Below, in pieces: positions 1 through 11,520 of a stretch of 64,000 nt of DNA. The translations under genes and the position numbers were made by a program. The notes beneath the pieces are model-generated. The model was not told where the DNA came from and ran no database searches. It saw only the letters and a list, made by a program, of their open reading frames with translations. How positions within the stretch are numbered: position 1 is the first letter of the stretch; each line of letters starts with the position of its first letter. Source of the stretch: Octopus sinensis. Lineage: Eukaryota. The stretch covers positions 61,690,001-61,754,000 of the forward strand of contig NC_042997.1 in NCBI RefSeq assembly GCF_006345805.1, in the 5' to 3' direction.

Positions 1-1084
1 ATTATTTTAATCCATATATGAACTATCAATGGTTACCACTTTATAAATCAACCGTCTTAAGACAATTTATAGAATCTGCCCTGACACTGATATTTTACAA
101 AATTTATAAAATTATTGAAAACTTGCGTATGTACTGTCACAATATTACATTTATAAGGAATGCCTTAAAATAATAGTAATCTTGATTTAGAACAGATATG
201 TTTAAAAAAAAATTTATACTTAGTTTTTTTCATATAGTTAACCTTGAATGCATGTATAATGATCATGCTTTTTCGTTGATGTGTCATAGGACACCGATAG
301 GGAGTAAGTAAATGAGTCATAGTATAGAACGTTGACACCCAGAAAGCATTGCTTGCAGCGAATATAAGTGAGCAACGTATATTTTGGAGATATCTTTGAA
401 AACCATCCGAGATTGATATAAAGAAAAGTAACGTTTGGCAACGCATAGTTCGTGTGAAATTAGTTTTCTAAGTTTTTTATGTCAAGATTCTCAAAAATAG
501 ATGAATTTGAAACTTTTGAGAATGCTTCTTATTTGGAGTCAAATCACGTATATACAGAGATTTTCGCGTTATCCAATGCAGTTATCAAAATACTATTGTA
601 AATATGAGTTAGAGGCGCGCATGCATTTGTTAATAGTCTTTATGCTCCAGCATTGGCAATAATACTGATGACTGTGTAAGAATGTTCTAGAAATCTGTGT
701 GTTGAGAAATAGAACAATCGTTTTCTATATATCTTAACCCGGCAGAAGATGTTCTTAAATTTTCAATATGCTTTGATATATTCAACATGATATTTATAAG
801 ATGGGCTCCATATAAATTGCGGTTGCTGCGTTGTGATAACACTAATCTACAAGGTTTTTGGTGTTTAGGAAATAGACATCATTCCTATACAAAATCGGTC
901 ACCTGAATCCAAATGTAACCTTCTTTTTTGACCTATCAGATCTAGGTTTTAAGTTAATGAACATCCTTATAGTCACTATGTATGTGTGTACCTCCAGTAC
1001 GCAGTGTTCGTTACTTTATTCTAATACTAATTTTTTTTCTTTTTCCATACTTTTTAGATGTTATGGTGAACTAAGCAATAGAAA

Positions 1085-1480
1085 ATGAGCAAGATGTCCT
1101 CTTCAAGAAAGTGCTGCGTTAATTCTCCAAATGTATTTTGTTATGTTTGTGGAGAATACACATCACCTAAAAATTAAAGAAAAACACCACTGATATTGTT
1201 GACAGAGCGTATATGGCATATTTTGGGGTCAAGCTGGGAGACCAAGATAAATATTGGGCACCGCCTAGTATCTGCAAACAATGAACAGAACATTTGCGAC
1301 AATGGACTAAAGGGACAAGGAAAAGTATGAGGTTTGCTATACCAATGGTATGGCGGGAGCCATACGTGGACGACTGCTATTTTTGCAACCCAAATTAACC
1401 GGAAAAATCGAAAAAGCTTGTCTATCTTAATCTTGGCTCTGCTATTAAACCGGTTCCACACAGTGAAGAGCTTCCTGTTC
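1085..1480 (+). pseudogene. Decayed N-terminal part of a DNA transposase, Chapaev3 (CMC)-like
   Basis: Hand translation across a frameshift and stops: MSKMSSSRKCCVNSPNVFCYVCGEYT / AYMAYFGVKLGDQDKYWAPPSICKQ*TEHLRQWTKGTRKSMRFAIPMVWREPYVDDCYFC / SAIKPVPHSEELPV. This Cys-rich pattern is one I associate with Chapaev3 transposases. The family name is from recognition only. Confidence 0.6.
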
Positions 1481-1943
1481 ACGATCCATTTCTAGTTAAG
1501 AAAATGCCTCAATTCGCTGCTACCGGACGATTTTATCCTTTTATTCGAGTTCAAACACTACATGATTCTCCTGGATTGACGACATACAGGGATTTTGTTG
1601 TGTTGTGTTGTGTCACTGCTACCTGATCCCCGGGAACAATTTTAGTTCCTTTGTGTTTGGCATCGACCGAAGACCATCCAGGTGGTTACCAAGTCAGTAA
1701 CGCTACCATCACGAAAAGCTCTTAGTGCGAGAGAAATATCTTCCTCTCTAAACATTACGTCTTATAAAATGATACCGTTAAACCTTAGAATACCTAAACT
1801 TACCTTGACATTCGTCAGTGTTCCTAAATTTAATTTGATACAATTAAAATGTACTAATCACGTGTTATTTCTTATAGACCCCCATTAAATTCTTTTAAGA
1901 TAAAGGAAAAAGGGAAACTAGACGGTACCAATATCAAACATTG

Positions 1944-2003
1944 GTGGTGGTTGTTGTTGTTGTTGTTGTTAATGATGATGATGATGATGACGACGACGAC
2001 GAC

Positions 2004-2034
<31 letters not shown>
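1944..2034. repeat. Compound (GTT)/(GAT)/(GAC)n microsatellite
   Basis: Direct reading. Confidence 0.95.
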
Positions 2035-2579
2035 TTTGTATCACTGAATAAATGAAGCTGAAAGACAAGTTAATTAAAAAGTAACAAATCGGTTGTGGAT
2101 TTATGAACAGAAAAAAATGTGTTGTATGAAAAGGAAACGATGTCTGGAATTGTTGAAAAAGACTGAAGTCTCAGTTGAATTCTTGACAACCTGCTAAAAA
2201 TTAGCTGTCAAATCTCCCTTGAATCATACGCTGACGTCATAAAAAAGGACTCGAGATTATATAGGCCTAGGTTCCCGGCTTATATGAAAATTACGAAGTG
2301 GTTGTAGCTGGAATGTCTTTGATCATGCATCCACTCAACAATTAGAGCATTTACCGTCGCAAGCGACGAACAACAGCATATGTGTGACAAAGAGAAAATT
2401 TTAGATATGTAATTATTCAATAAGCTGTGGTTGTTTTCAATATCGCCTCTCTGCTATAAACTTTCTATCTTTTAAGCAAATAGGTTTTAAAGATTATCAA
2501 ATAAAACTGTAAACTATCTTTAAGTTCCTGTATATTTGCTCATATTATTATAATCATTCATTAGTTATTTTTATTATGT

Positions 2580-3085
2580 ACATTCACTGCATTACCGAGC
2601 GCAGCTCTGTGTGCCTTAGATATGCGCTCTGTTTAATTTTTAATCAACAACACGAGCTTTTTAATTCCAAAACCTATCAGTCTTTTAGGTAGCATTTTGG
2701 GTGTTGTCCAAGTGCCCCAATTGCTATAGGAGTAACTGCTGTCTAAGCCTTCCACAGTCTCTTCAGCTATCTGGATAGATCCTGATATTTCTCAATATTT
2801 TCAATATCTTTCCTATCGGCTCTGCTATCATACGGAATTGCAACGCCCTTGATTTTATACTGCTTATTTTGTCATCTATAATCATTTCTGGTCTTCTTGC
2901 TTCAGTAGTACGGTCAGTCTTTATGGCAAAGTTAAATAAGGCCCTGTAATTCTCATTCATTGTCATAGCCTCTAGTTTGTGTTCATACCACTTTCTCGTT
3001 AGGTCAAAGCAACACACTCAGCTAACATCTCAACGTATTCTTCAGCTACAAAGTTTTATCTGCGCATTATTCTTTTTTGTGCATT
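2580..3085 (-). mobile_element. R4/Dong-type LINE 3' fragment (decayed REL endonuclease plus 3' UTR)
   Basis: Minus-strand RKWYEHKLEAMTMNENYRALFNFAIKTDRTTEARRPEMII matches the REL motif WYEH.P..ENE..ILWDF..TD....RPD. The 3' UTR (accgagcgcagctctgtgtgcctt) matches the copies at 36126 and 41036. Confidence 0.8.
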
Positions 3086-3169
3086 TTTGCCTGTGCTCTA
3101 TTCAGGGTCGATAAAATAAGCACCAGTTTAGCATTGGGATCGATGTAGTCGTGCCTATAACAGACACGA

Positions 3170-3228
3170 TTACTACTACTACTACTATAATAATAATTAT
3201 TATTATTATTATTATAATTATTATATTA

Positions 3229-3273
<45 letters not shown>

Positions 3274-3292
3274 CATTATTATTATTATTGTT

Positions 3293-3334
<42 letters not shown>

Positions 3335-3353
3335 ATTATCATCATCATCATCA

Positions 3354-3415
<62 letters not shown>
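3170..3415. repeat. Compound trinucleotide microsatellite (TAC/TAA/TAT/TAG/CAT)
   Basis: Direct reading. Confidence 0.95.
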
Positions 3416-3878
3416 GAGTGAGAGTGCAGTGCATGCCATCAAAGTGGCACCGGGGTAAAATTTACGAAGCCAGTATACCCATCATGACTACCCTTCTGAT
3501 AAGGAAGGGTACACTAAGAACAGGTATCACACCCATATGTGCACGGCATAGTTTTCTCATATCAAGATAAACAACGCATGACCTTGCAGGTGGGGCCTAG
3601 TTAGAATATTCTTCTGGTCGAGTAGCCCATCCCACTCAAAAGCTCCCGAAATAAGGGGTGTTTAAGGATGTTGAACAAAACATCCATGTTTCCAAAGGTG
3701 AATTAGCCAAATCCCAAAGAATTCCTCTCAACATATGGTTATGATGCTCCCCCATTACTTCTGCTCGTGATCAGAGATGTACTAAGGGACATGCTCAACT
3801 GGTCAAGGACAAGCAAATCTGTGTTATTGAGCAGAATATTTGCTGTAGTCCATCTTTTATACCAAGACAAAACAATGT
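3416..3878. repeat. ~555-bp interspersed repeat, copy 1 (embedded in TTA tracts)
   Basis: Homologous to 35536-36090, 60296-60460 and 61858-62401 (gcagtgcatgccatcaaagtg...ccatcttttataccaagacaaaacaatg). Confidence 0.9.
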
Positions 3879-3936
3879 GTTATTATTATTATTGTTGTTG
3901 TTAGTAGTAGAAGTAGTGGTAGCAGCAGCAGCAGTT

Positions 3937-3975
<39 letters not shown>

Positions 3976-3980
3976 ATAGT

Positions 3981-4540
3981 AAGGCGGCGAGCTGGCAGAA
4001 ACGTTAGCACGTCGGGCGAAATGCGTAGCCGTATTTCGTCTGTCTTTACGGTCTGTGTTCAAATTCCGCCGAGGATGACTTTGCCTTTCATCCTTTCGGG
4101 ATCAAGTAAATAAGTACCAGTTACGCACTGGGGGGTTGATATAATCGACTTAATCCGTTTGTCTGTCCTTGTTTGTCGTCTCTGTGTTTAGCCCCTTGTG
4201 GATAGTAAAGAAATAGGTATTTCGTCTGCCGCTAGGTTCTGAGTTCAAGTTCCGCCGAGGTCGACTTTGCCTTTCATCCTTTCGGGGTCGATTAAATAAG
4301 TACCAGTTACGCACTGGGGTCGATATAATCGACTTAATCCGTTTGTCTGTCCTTGTTTGTCATCTCTGTGTTTATCCCCTTGTGGGTAGTAAAGAAATAG
4401 GTATTTCGTCTGCCGCTACGTTCTGAGTTCAAATTCCGCTGAGATCGACTTTGCCTTTCATCCGTTCGAGGTCGATAAATTAAGTACCAGTCAAACACTG
4501 GGGTTGATGTCTTCTGGCCTTGTGCGTTTAGTAGAAAGGA
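3981..4540 (+). mobile_element. tRNA-derived SINE with three tandem Meta-like central domains
   Basis: Head aaggcggcgagctggcagaaacgttagcacg. The unit gtatttcgtctg...gactttgcctttcatcctttcggggtcg..aagtaccagt recurs at 4031, 4217 and 4401, separated by a tgtctgtccttgtttgtc spacer. Confidence 0.8.
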
Positions 4541-4647
4541 TCGTCGTCGTCGTCATCATTATGATTATTATTATTATTTTTATTATTATTATTACCTAAA
4601 ATCTTTTAAAATTCCGAGTTTTAATTTGTCAATATTACAACATTCGG

Positions 4648-4805
4648 TAAGGCGTAGAGCTGGCAGATTTGTTAGCACGTTCTGAGTTCAAATTCTACCG
4701 AGGTTGAGTTTGCCTTTCATTTTTTCGGGTTCGATAAACTAAATACAGGTTGAACACTTGGATCGATGCAAAAATTGCTGGTCTCGTCCCAAACTTTGAA
4801 ACTAT
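4648..4805 (+). mobile_element. Meta-domain SINE, internally deleted
   Basis: gtaaggcgtagagctggcag head, ttctgagttcaaattc B-box region, gcctttcat domain, ctttgaaac tail. Confidence 0.75.
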
Positions 4806-5963
4806 TGTTACTATATTCGGTAATGTTGTTTTCGCTTTCAACTTTTCGATTTTCTGATTTTCAGCCTTTCCGGTCGTCTGAAGTTCGGTCGTGTGACATT
4901 TGATCTTCTGATAGGCACCCAATAATTTCAGTTACAGCTTCGGTCCTGTCTTGACATGGTTTTGTTAATAGTAACGGCTTTATTACATGAATTAAATTCG
5001 ATTTATTCTAAATTACAACAATGTTATTCTTAAGCTAACAAATATTAATGTGAAGCTGTAGAAAAATACATAAAAATCTATTTCAACTTAGACATCTATC
5101 AATCATTTTAATAAATATTTCAAGTAGGCACCGATATATAACAGATATAAAATAAATTCATCCATTATAAACATTTCGACAATCCTACTCTCAGTTGTTG
5201 AATACGTTTAATAGTGGGAGGAAATGTGTATACATCACACCAAAAACAAGATTGATGTAAACAAAATTTATACTATCTATGTGTATACAAACAAAAGTAG
5301 TTATGCAGGAATTCTCAAGTATTATCTCCTTCATTGAATACTTAACTTGATCAATGAAAGATATACTTAGAATAGTTTATTTCCTGTATCTGGTGGTTGA
5401 TGATAGCACTGGGGATTAAGTATGAATCGCAGAATCAATGGCCTAAGTGATTGAAATACTAACAAAAAAAAAAACTTGCGTTTTGCGTTTCTTAGTTCAA
5501 ACCACAATAGTATTTTTCATCTTTTATAAGTATACAAAAGGAAATAGTACATATATTATTTTTTTTATTCTTTTATTTCTTTCAGTCATTTGACTGCGGC
5601 CATGCTGGAATATGTATGTATGCATGCATGCATGTACGTATGTATATTAGGTAATATCTTAGAAATATGATAAATTGTTACCTAATGATCGCGTGGGGTG
5701 TAGAAGCATGTGAGGTATTAATAAAGCTTATGAATTTTCATCGACATGTTATTATTGTTATTATTATAGTTATTCTAAGCTGAAAGTAGTACCACGTGTA
5801 TACTCATACCATTGGATTACCCTGGAAGATGGAATTAACTGGTGGCAGTTGACAACAAGAAGCATAAGAGCTTTTAAGACCCCATTACGAAATTTTTGCC
5901 CAAACTAAACTAAACGATATATATATAAATATATATATGTATAAACGTCTATATATATGTTTA

Positions 5964-7586
5964 TAAACGTCTACTTTCGAACAGCACCACAGACACCTAC
6001 AAAAAAGATAACACGAATTTATATAAAAAGGTGAATTTGGAGGCAAGAAGAATTGCTAACAATCTTAAAGTTAGCGATAGGATAGCATACCTCCCCCCAC
6101 GTCAACCTTTTATTACTCTGAAAGACCACAAAGCTAATTAACCCAGCTAACACTGAAATAGGCATTATTAACAAATATATTTTAGATCGTATTTTAAGCA
6201 AGTTAAATAGTAATAGTAAATTAAATTTATGGATTTGGAAAAATAATAAATCAGTGATAGATTGGTTTTAGCCATCAATATCTAGGCATTTGCTTCTAAA
6301 AGCATTAGACTTCGCTAAGCATTATGTCATCATCGATAGCTCGGAAATAGATATTATCCTGCATGCAAGGAAATCCCTTCTTGTTTACGATGATTCCACC
6401 TGGGTCAAAAAGAGCGAGGATTCTCTATTCGATGTGTCGATGGGGGCATATAATGGGACGGAGTTGTGTATGCAGGATTATACTGGAATGACGGTCTTAT
6501 AGTCACCCATAATTTAAACGGCCATGAGTTAGATAAACTTAGGAAGAATCTGATTACTTTCTTCCAAAGAATGGGTTTATAGATTACGATAGAAAGTAGC
6601 CTAAATAACGTAGATTTTTTAGATATCAACTTAGATTTGCAATTAGATAAATTTAAACCCTACCGCAAGCCCATTGAAAAGCTATGTTATATTAGCAAAT
6701 CAAATCATCCACCCGTAATTCGAATCATCTACCTGTAATTCTTAAGAACCTAGTTAGTAATATAGGAAGGCAAATATCATCAATTTTTTCAGATAAAACA
6801 GCATTTCAAAGTGCTGCGCCGTATTATAATAATGCTTTAAGGAAAAGTGAATTCTCGGAGAAGATCCAGTATAGTCAAGCTAATTCTAACAATAATAAAC
6901 CACATAGAACTAGAACTAGGAAAGTTTCGTGGTTTAACCCCTTATTTAATATTGCCGTAAAAACTAACACAGGTAGGGGTTTCTTAAAAGTAGTTTCTAA
7001 ACATTTTTAATCTAGCCATAAGTTCTATAGAATTTTTAACAGAATACTGAATGATTGCTATTCTTGTTGCAAAAACTTCACATCTTATTAATCAGTATAA
7101 CACAAAAATTGTTACAAACAACCACAGTGCCGAATCTAATCTGCGGAACTGCAACTTCAAAGATAAGACTTGCTGTCCGTAGAAGGTAAATGTCTTGAAA
7201 AGGGAATCGTTTATAGAGCTAAAGTGCAAGTAGATGGCTCACGAGAATATAAAACTTACACGGGGGCTTCGGAAAATTCATTCAAGACTCGATTTTATTT
7301 CCGCCGAAATTCTTTCCGATACCCCGAGAATATGACAGCGATAAGTCTTGCAAAGCATGTCTGGGAACTGAAAGAGAATGACACCCGTCCTTTCAACATA
7401 ACCTGCGAAGTTCTAGAAAAAAGCATCATGATAAAGCATGGAGCTTATTAAAGACCCATGATATGTAATCTTTGCCTCTCAGAAAAGTTCTTCATCCTGT
7501 TCCAGGATAAACATGAGATGAACCAGAGACGCGAGCTCTTAAATTCCTGCAGGCCCGCCGCGAGGTTTAAAATACTGTATGGGTAA
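5964..7586 (+). mobile_element. Penelope-like element, decayed (RT plus C-terminal GIY-YIG)
   Basis: QPFITLKDHK, INPANTEIGIINKYILD, FDVSMGAYNGTELC, VDFLDINLDL, KPYRKP. The GIY-YIG region (7170-7451 GKCLEKGIVYRAKV..YTGASENSFKTRF..LAKHVWELK) continues CNLCLSEK. Many stops and frameshifts. Confidence 0.9.
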
Positions 7587-8984
7587 AATGTTTTGACTTT
7601 CGGAAAAATTTTGGCTGTCACATTTGAATTTGACTTTACACCTTGTAGTTATTTTGTATTACAGTGCTAGTGCATATTTCGACTTCACTTTTAAGAAAGC
7701 CTTCAACTCTTTTACAAAATTAAGCTTAAGCTTCGCTGGTGTTCATTATTATTGTTTACTCACACATCTAATTATGCTATAATAATTCATTGTGCAATTT
7801 CCACAGTTTAACATTTTAATATTATATACACCAGACAATTTTTTAAGATGTTTGTGTATATACGTTATGATGTATGTATATAGTTATCTTGTTGTGAAGA
7901 TATGTCTCTCTCTATATATATGTATATATATAAGAATGAATGTTTTTATATATAATGAACGTGAAATACAGGAAGGGACGAACACGGAACACAGACAAAT
8001 CATTCGAAGCCTTCAATCTTCAGTCAGACACCGAATCATCATAGCAAATTTCGGCTGTTCAATTCTGATATTTGCTCCAACTCGGCCAGCCCCAAGAAAA
8101 AAAACTAAGCTGTAAGCATTAGATTTCTTGGTAGAAGACAGGAATGTGAACGCACAAGACGGATGTAAATACAAGAGACGAAAACGAAATTGAAAACAGT
8201 AATGAATAAACAAAATATATATAACGGTGGTTGTCATACGACTTTAGACCAAATGAGACAGAAACAACAACAACATAGCAGCTGGCGTAGAAATAATTAC
8301 CGTTTCGGTAGCGGGGACACATGTTGGTCGAGATACGATGGCCAACAGCATGGTTAAGAAAGCAGGTGTATATATGTATATATATATGTGTGTGTAGGTA
8401 TTATGTGTATGTATGTATATGTGTATATATATATATGTATATAAAGATATATATATATGTGTGGGGGGCATGTATTTGCATATATATGTATTTGTTTATT
8501 TGTATGCGTGTCTATATGTGTGTGTATTTGTATGTATGTTTGTATTTATGCTGATATGCATCTCGTTAGTAGCTAACTTTCGGAACACCAATCATTTCCC
8601 TCTCTCTCTCTCTCTCTCCATCTCTCTCTCTCTCTCTACCTCTATCTATTTTCCCTTTCTATCACTAATTTTCTGATTCTTTTTCTTTTATCTCTTTTTC
8701 TTTTCCCTTTTTTCTTTCTCCTGCCACTTATTCTCTGATATTTTTCCTTTTCTTTCTTTCGCCTGTTGTATAAGGTTTTATGCGTGTACGTGTGTGTGCA
8801 TGCATACATATGCATTTATATATGTTTATATATTTATGTTTTGCCTATATATGTCTGTATATGTATGTAGCCATGTATCTACACATGTATGTTTAGTGTA
8901 TATACGTATATTGTAAATTGTTTAGTATGTGTATGTATTGCTAAATGTATATGTATTTTAGCGTGAAAGTTTTTTTAAACGGAT

Positions 8985-9384
8985 ACTCTCTTTACTTGTT
9001 TCAGTCATTTGACTGCGGCCATGCTGGAGCACCGCCTTTAATCGAGCAACTCGACCCCGGGACTTATTCTTTTTGTAAGCCCAGTACTTATTCTATCAGT
9101 CTCTTTTGCCGAACCGCTAAGTAACGGGGACATAAACACACCAGCATCGGTTGTCAAGCAATGCTAGGGGGACAAACACAGACACACAAACAAACACACA
9201 TACATATATATACATATATACGACAGGCTTCTTTCAGTTTCCGTCTACCAAATCCACTCACAAGGCATTGGTCGGCCCGGGGCTATAGCAGAAGACACTT
9301 GCCCAAGATGCCACGCAGTAGGACTGAACCCGGAACCATGTGATTGGTTAGCAAGCTACTTACCACACAGCCACTCCTGCGCCT
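8985..9384 (-). mobile_element. Full-length tRNA-head CORE-like SINE
   Basis: Minus strand: aggcgcaggagtggctgtgtgg (A box), ggttcagtcc (B box), cttgggcaagtgtcttc core, internal microsatellite, tail ggccgcagtcaaatgactgaaacaagtaaaag. Confidence 0.9.
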
Positions 9385-9499
9385 GTGTCTTTTAATTTAT
9401 TATTTTGACAACTAATTATTTACCTTGGGTATTAAGGCTCTTTCCCTTCTACATAAGCTATTTTTGATTTAATGGTTTTCTTCAGTTTTAATAATAATA

Positions 9500-9700
9500 T
9501 GATTTTAAACCGCAATTGTAATTTCATGAAACCGGTTTTTGAAAGGACCAATGAAACAAAACCATTTTTAAAAGTGTATCTATCGAAGTATTTCTGCATA
9601 TAACTTTATCTTGCTTCATTCTAAACAAAACTGTCCGACGAACGTGAAACTCTGAGTAACAATTTTTGTGATATTTTTGCTGCTTTGTAATAAAGTATAT
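9500..9700 (+). mobile_element. Penelope pLTR remnant with degenerate hammerhead (9631-9662)
   Basis: Homologous to 10826-11005. ctgt-ccgacga-acgt-gaaac-tctga-gta-ac: core U4 changed to C and stem II collapsed. Confidence 0.55.
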
Positions 9701-9706
9701 GTGTAT

Positions 9707-9930
9707 TACTTTATTTATATCCCATCGAAAGTTCTACTGAAGAAGGAATATATCTTTTTTTATAAGATTAAGTCCGAAATTGATTCAATATAGAGATAAC
9801 GAAATTTAAATTTTCTAAAGGTTAGTTGCCCATTTTCAGTTTCAATTTTCCTGTAACAAGCGGATTATAAGTGGATATAAAACAGTGTATTTGGCTTTAG
9901 AATAACCCTCTTTAGCCCTTAATTATATGA
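9707..9930 (+). repeat. Direct repeat A1 (~224 bp)
   Basis: Matches 10204-10425 apart from one substitution (gcccatttt/gcccgtttt) and one 2-nt indel that I could see. Confidence 0.95.
9732..9795 (+). ncRNA. Type I hammerhead ribozyme, copy 1
   Basis: Stem I ttcta/tagag; core CUGAAGA 9737-9743 plus extra A; stem II gga...tcc with inner atctt/aagat; GAAA 9776-9779; stem III attga-t-tcaat; AUA cleavage triplet, cut after 9790. Confidence 0.8.
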
Positions 9931-10203
9931 TGTATATTGCAACCGTAACGGTTTTTTTTAAATATACTGCCCACGCTTCCTGATGAATTCTTTTGCTGTA
10001 GAGTAAGGGACTTCATCCTATATTGCTTAGTAGTAAACTCGATGCTTGCTACAGGAGGACTGGTAACCATTACAATTTGTAGCGGCGAAAGGTCTGGACG
10101 TGTTTTCTGAGGCTGACCAAAGAATTTTTATTTTTAGATATAAGTGATGTACTCAAGTGTAGTTATGTTTTTAGCTTGTGCTTTTTCCATGATCATACGT
10201 GAG

Positions 10204-10425
10204 TACTTTATTTATATCCCATCGAAAGTTCTACTGAAGAAGGAATATATCTTTTTTTATAAGATTAAGTCCGAAATTGATTCAATATAGAGATAACGAA
10301 ATTTAAATTTTCTAAAGGTTAGTTGCCCGTTTTCAGTTTCAATTTTCCTGTAACAAGCGGATTATAAGTGGATAAAACAGTGTATTTGGCTTTAGAATAA
10401 CCCTCTTTAGCCCTTAATTATATGA
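10204..10425 (+). repeat. Direct repeat A2 (~222 bp)
   Basis: Copy of 9707-9930, offset 497 nt, ending in a (TA)n tract. Confidence 0.95.
10229..10292 (+). ncRNA. Type I hammerhead ribozyme, copy 2
   Basis: Identical motif to 9732-9795. CUGAAGA 10234-10240; predicted cut after 10287. Confidence 0.8.
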
Positions 10426-10440
10426 TATATATATATATAT

Positions 10441-10715
10441 ATCACGTGATCACGTGACCGACCAGACCATCAGATGTTGCTACACATCGCTGATCACAAT
10501 GCGTTCGCATTGTTTTAGCCATCGAATGACGCCACCCTGCTGGCTAAGCGAGTAGGCCAACAGAAGAAAGAGTGAGAGAAAGTTGTGGTGAAAGGGTACA
10601 GCAGGGATCACCACTCTCGTGGAGCTTTTTTAGGTGTTTTCGCTCAATAAACACTCACAACGCCCGGTCTGTGAATCGAAACCGCGATCCTACCAATGGG
10701 CCATTGCGCCTCCAC
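10441..10715 (-). mobile_element. tRNA-derived SINE (second family), head internally deleted
   Basis: Minus strand: gtggaggcgcaatggcccattggt-aggatcgcggtttcgattc ... catctgatggtctggtcggtcacgtgatcacgtgat tail. The tail resembles the SINE at 31293-31558. Confidence 0.75.
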
Positions 10716-10762
10716 ATATATATATATTATAATATATATATATAATATATATATATATATAT

Positions 10763-10813
10763 GAGGAGCAATGGCCCATTGGTTAGAGCAGCGGACTCGC
10801 GGTCGTAGGATCG
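10763..10813 (+). mobile_element. Isolated tRNA-like SINE head fragment
   Basis: gaggagcaatggcccattggttagagcagcggactcgcggtcgtaggatcg, flanked by TA tracts. Confidence 0.7.
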
Positions 10814-10825
10814 ATATATATATAT

Positions 10826-11001
10826 GACCGTTATTTATAAAGGGCCAATCAAACAAGTCCATTTTTTTTAAAGGTGTAGCGTTTGTAATAGTCTGGATAG
10901 AATTGACATATCGGTTCCATTCTAGCAAAAACTGTCCGATGAACGGCAACGGGAAACTCAGAGTAACAGGTTTTGTTGAATTTTCTGCTGCTTTAAATAA
11001 A

Positions 11002-11005
<4 letters not shown>
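10826..11005 (+). mobile_element. Penelope pLTR remnant with degenerate hammerhead (10932-10969)
   Basis: ctgt-ccgatga-acggcaacgg-gaaac-tcaga-gta-acag: stem I ctgt/acag, stem III actc-a-gagt, mutated core and stem II, then aataaag and (TA)n. Confidence 0.65.
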
Positions 11006-11047
<42 letters not shown>

Positions 11048-11188
11048 CGACGGAAAAAAAAAACGATTAAAAAAATCGGAAAAAAGGTAACGGCGTAAAA
11101 TGTCGGTGGTTATAAGATAGGATAAAATAATAAAATAAGATAAAATAAGATAAAAAGTTGCTTTTCAAGGAGAGTGTAGAGACAGTCG

Positions 11189-11520
11189 TTAAGAGGAGTG
11201 GCTTGTGTTGAGTTTGAAAGGAGGTTGTGTTTGTAGACTGAAAATGTAACGCTGTTCTAGGAGGAGTTGGGAGTGTGTCGATCCGTGGTGCAGGGCGAAG
11301 CTGAAAGCGGAGATATTAGAGGTGGAGTGGTTGGCCAAATGGAAATGACGCGCGATGGGGGTGTTCGTACATAGCCGAATATCTCGTAGATGTTCGGTGA
11401 ACCGGTCGGCCAGACGGCGGCCTATCTGACCAACGTAGAATTTATTGCAGAGATTTACATCTCATGCAATAGATAAGGCTTAAAGAAGTGTAGGAGAAGT
11501 TTCTAATGTGGTGAGTATGC
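11189..11520 (-). mobile_element. Penelope GIY-YIG endonuclease 3' fragment (different family from 5964 and 13880)
   Basis: Minus strand: LIYC... FYVGQIGRRLADRFTEHLRDIRLCTNTPIARHFHLANHS...LLEQRYIFSLQTQPPFKLNTSHSS*. Confidence 0.85.

Noticed and set aside
7981-8040. Minus-strand ctgaaga...cgaa as a hammerhead
   Set aside because: No workable stem II or III; probably pLTR debris.
9975-10100. ctgatga inside the spacer between the direct repeats
   Set aside because: No matching stem II and GAAA downstream.
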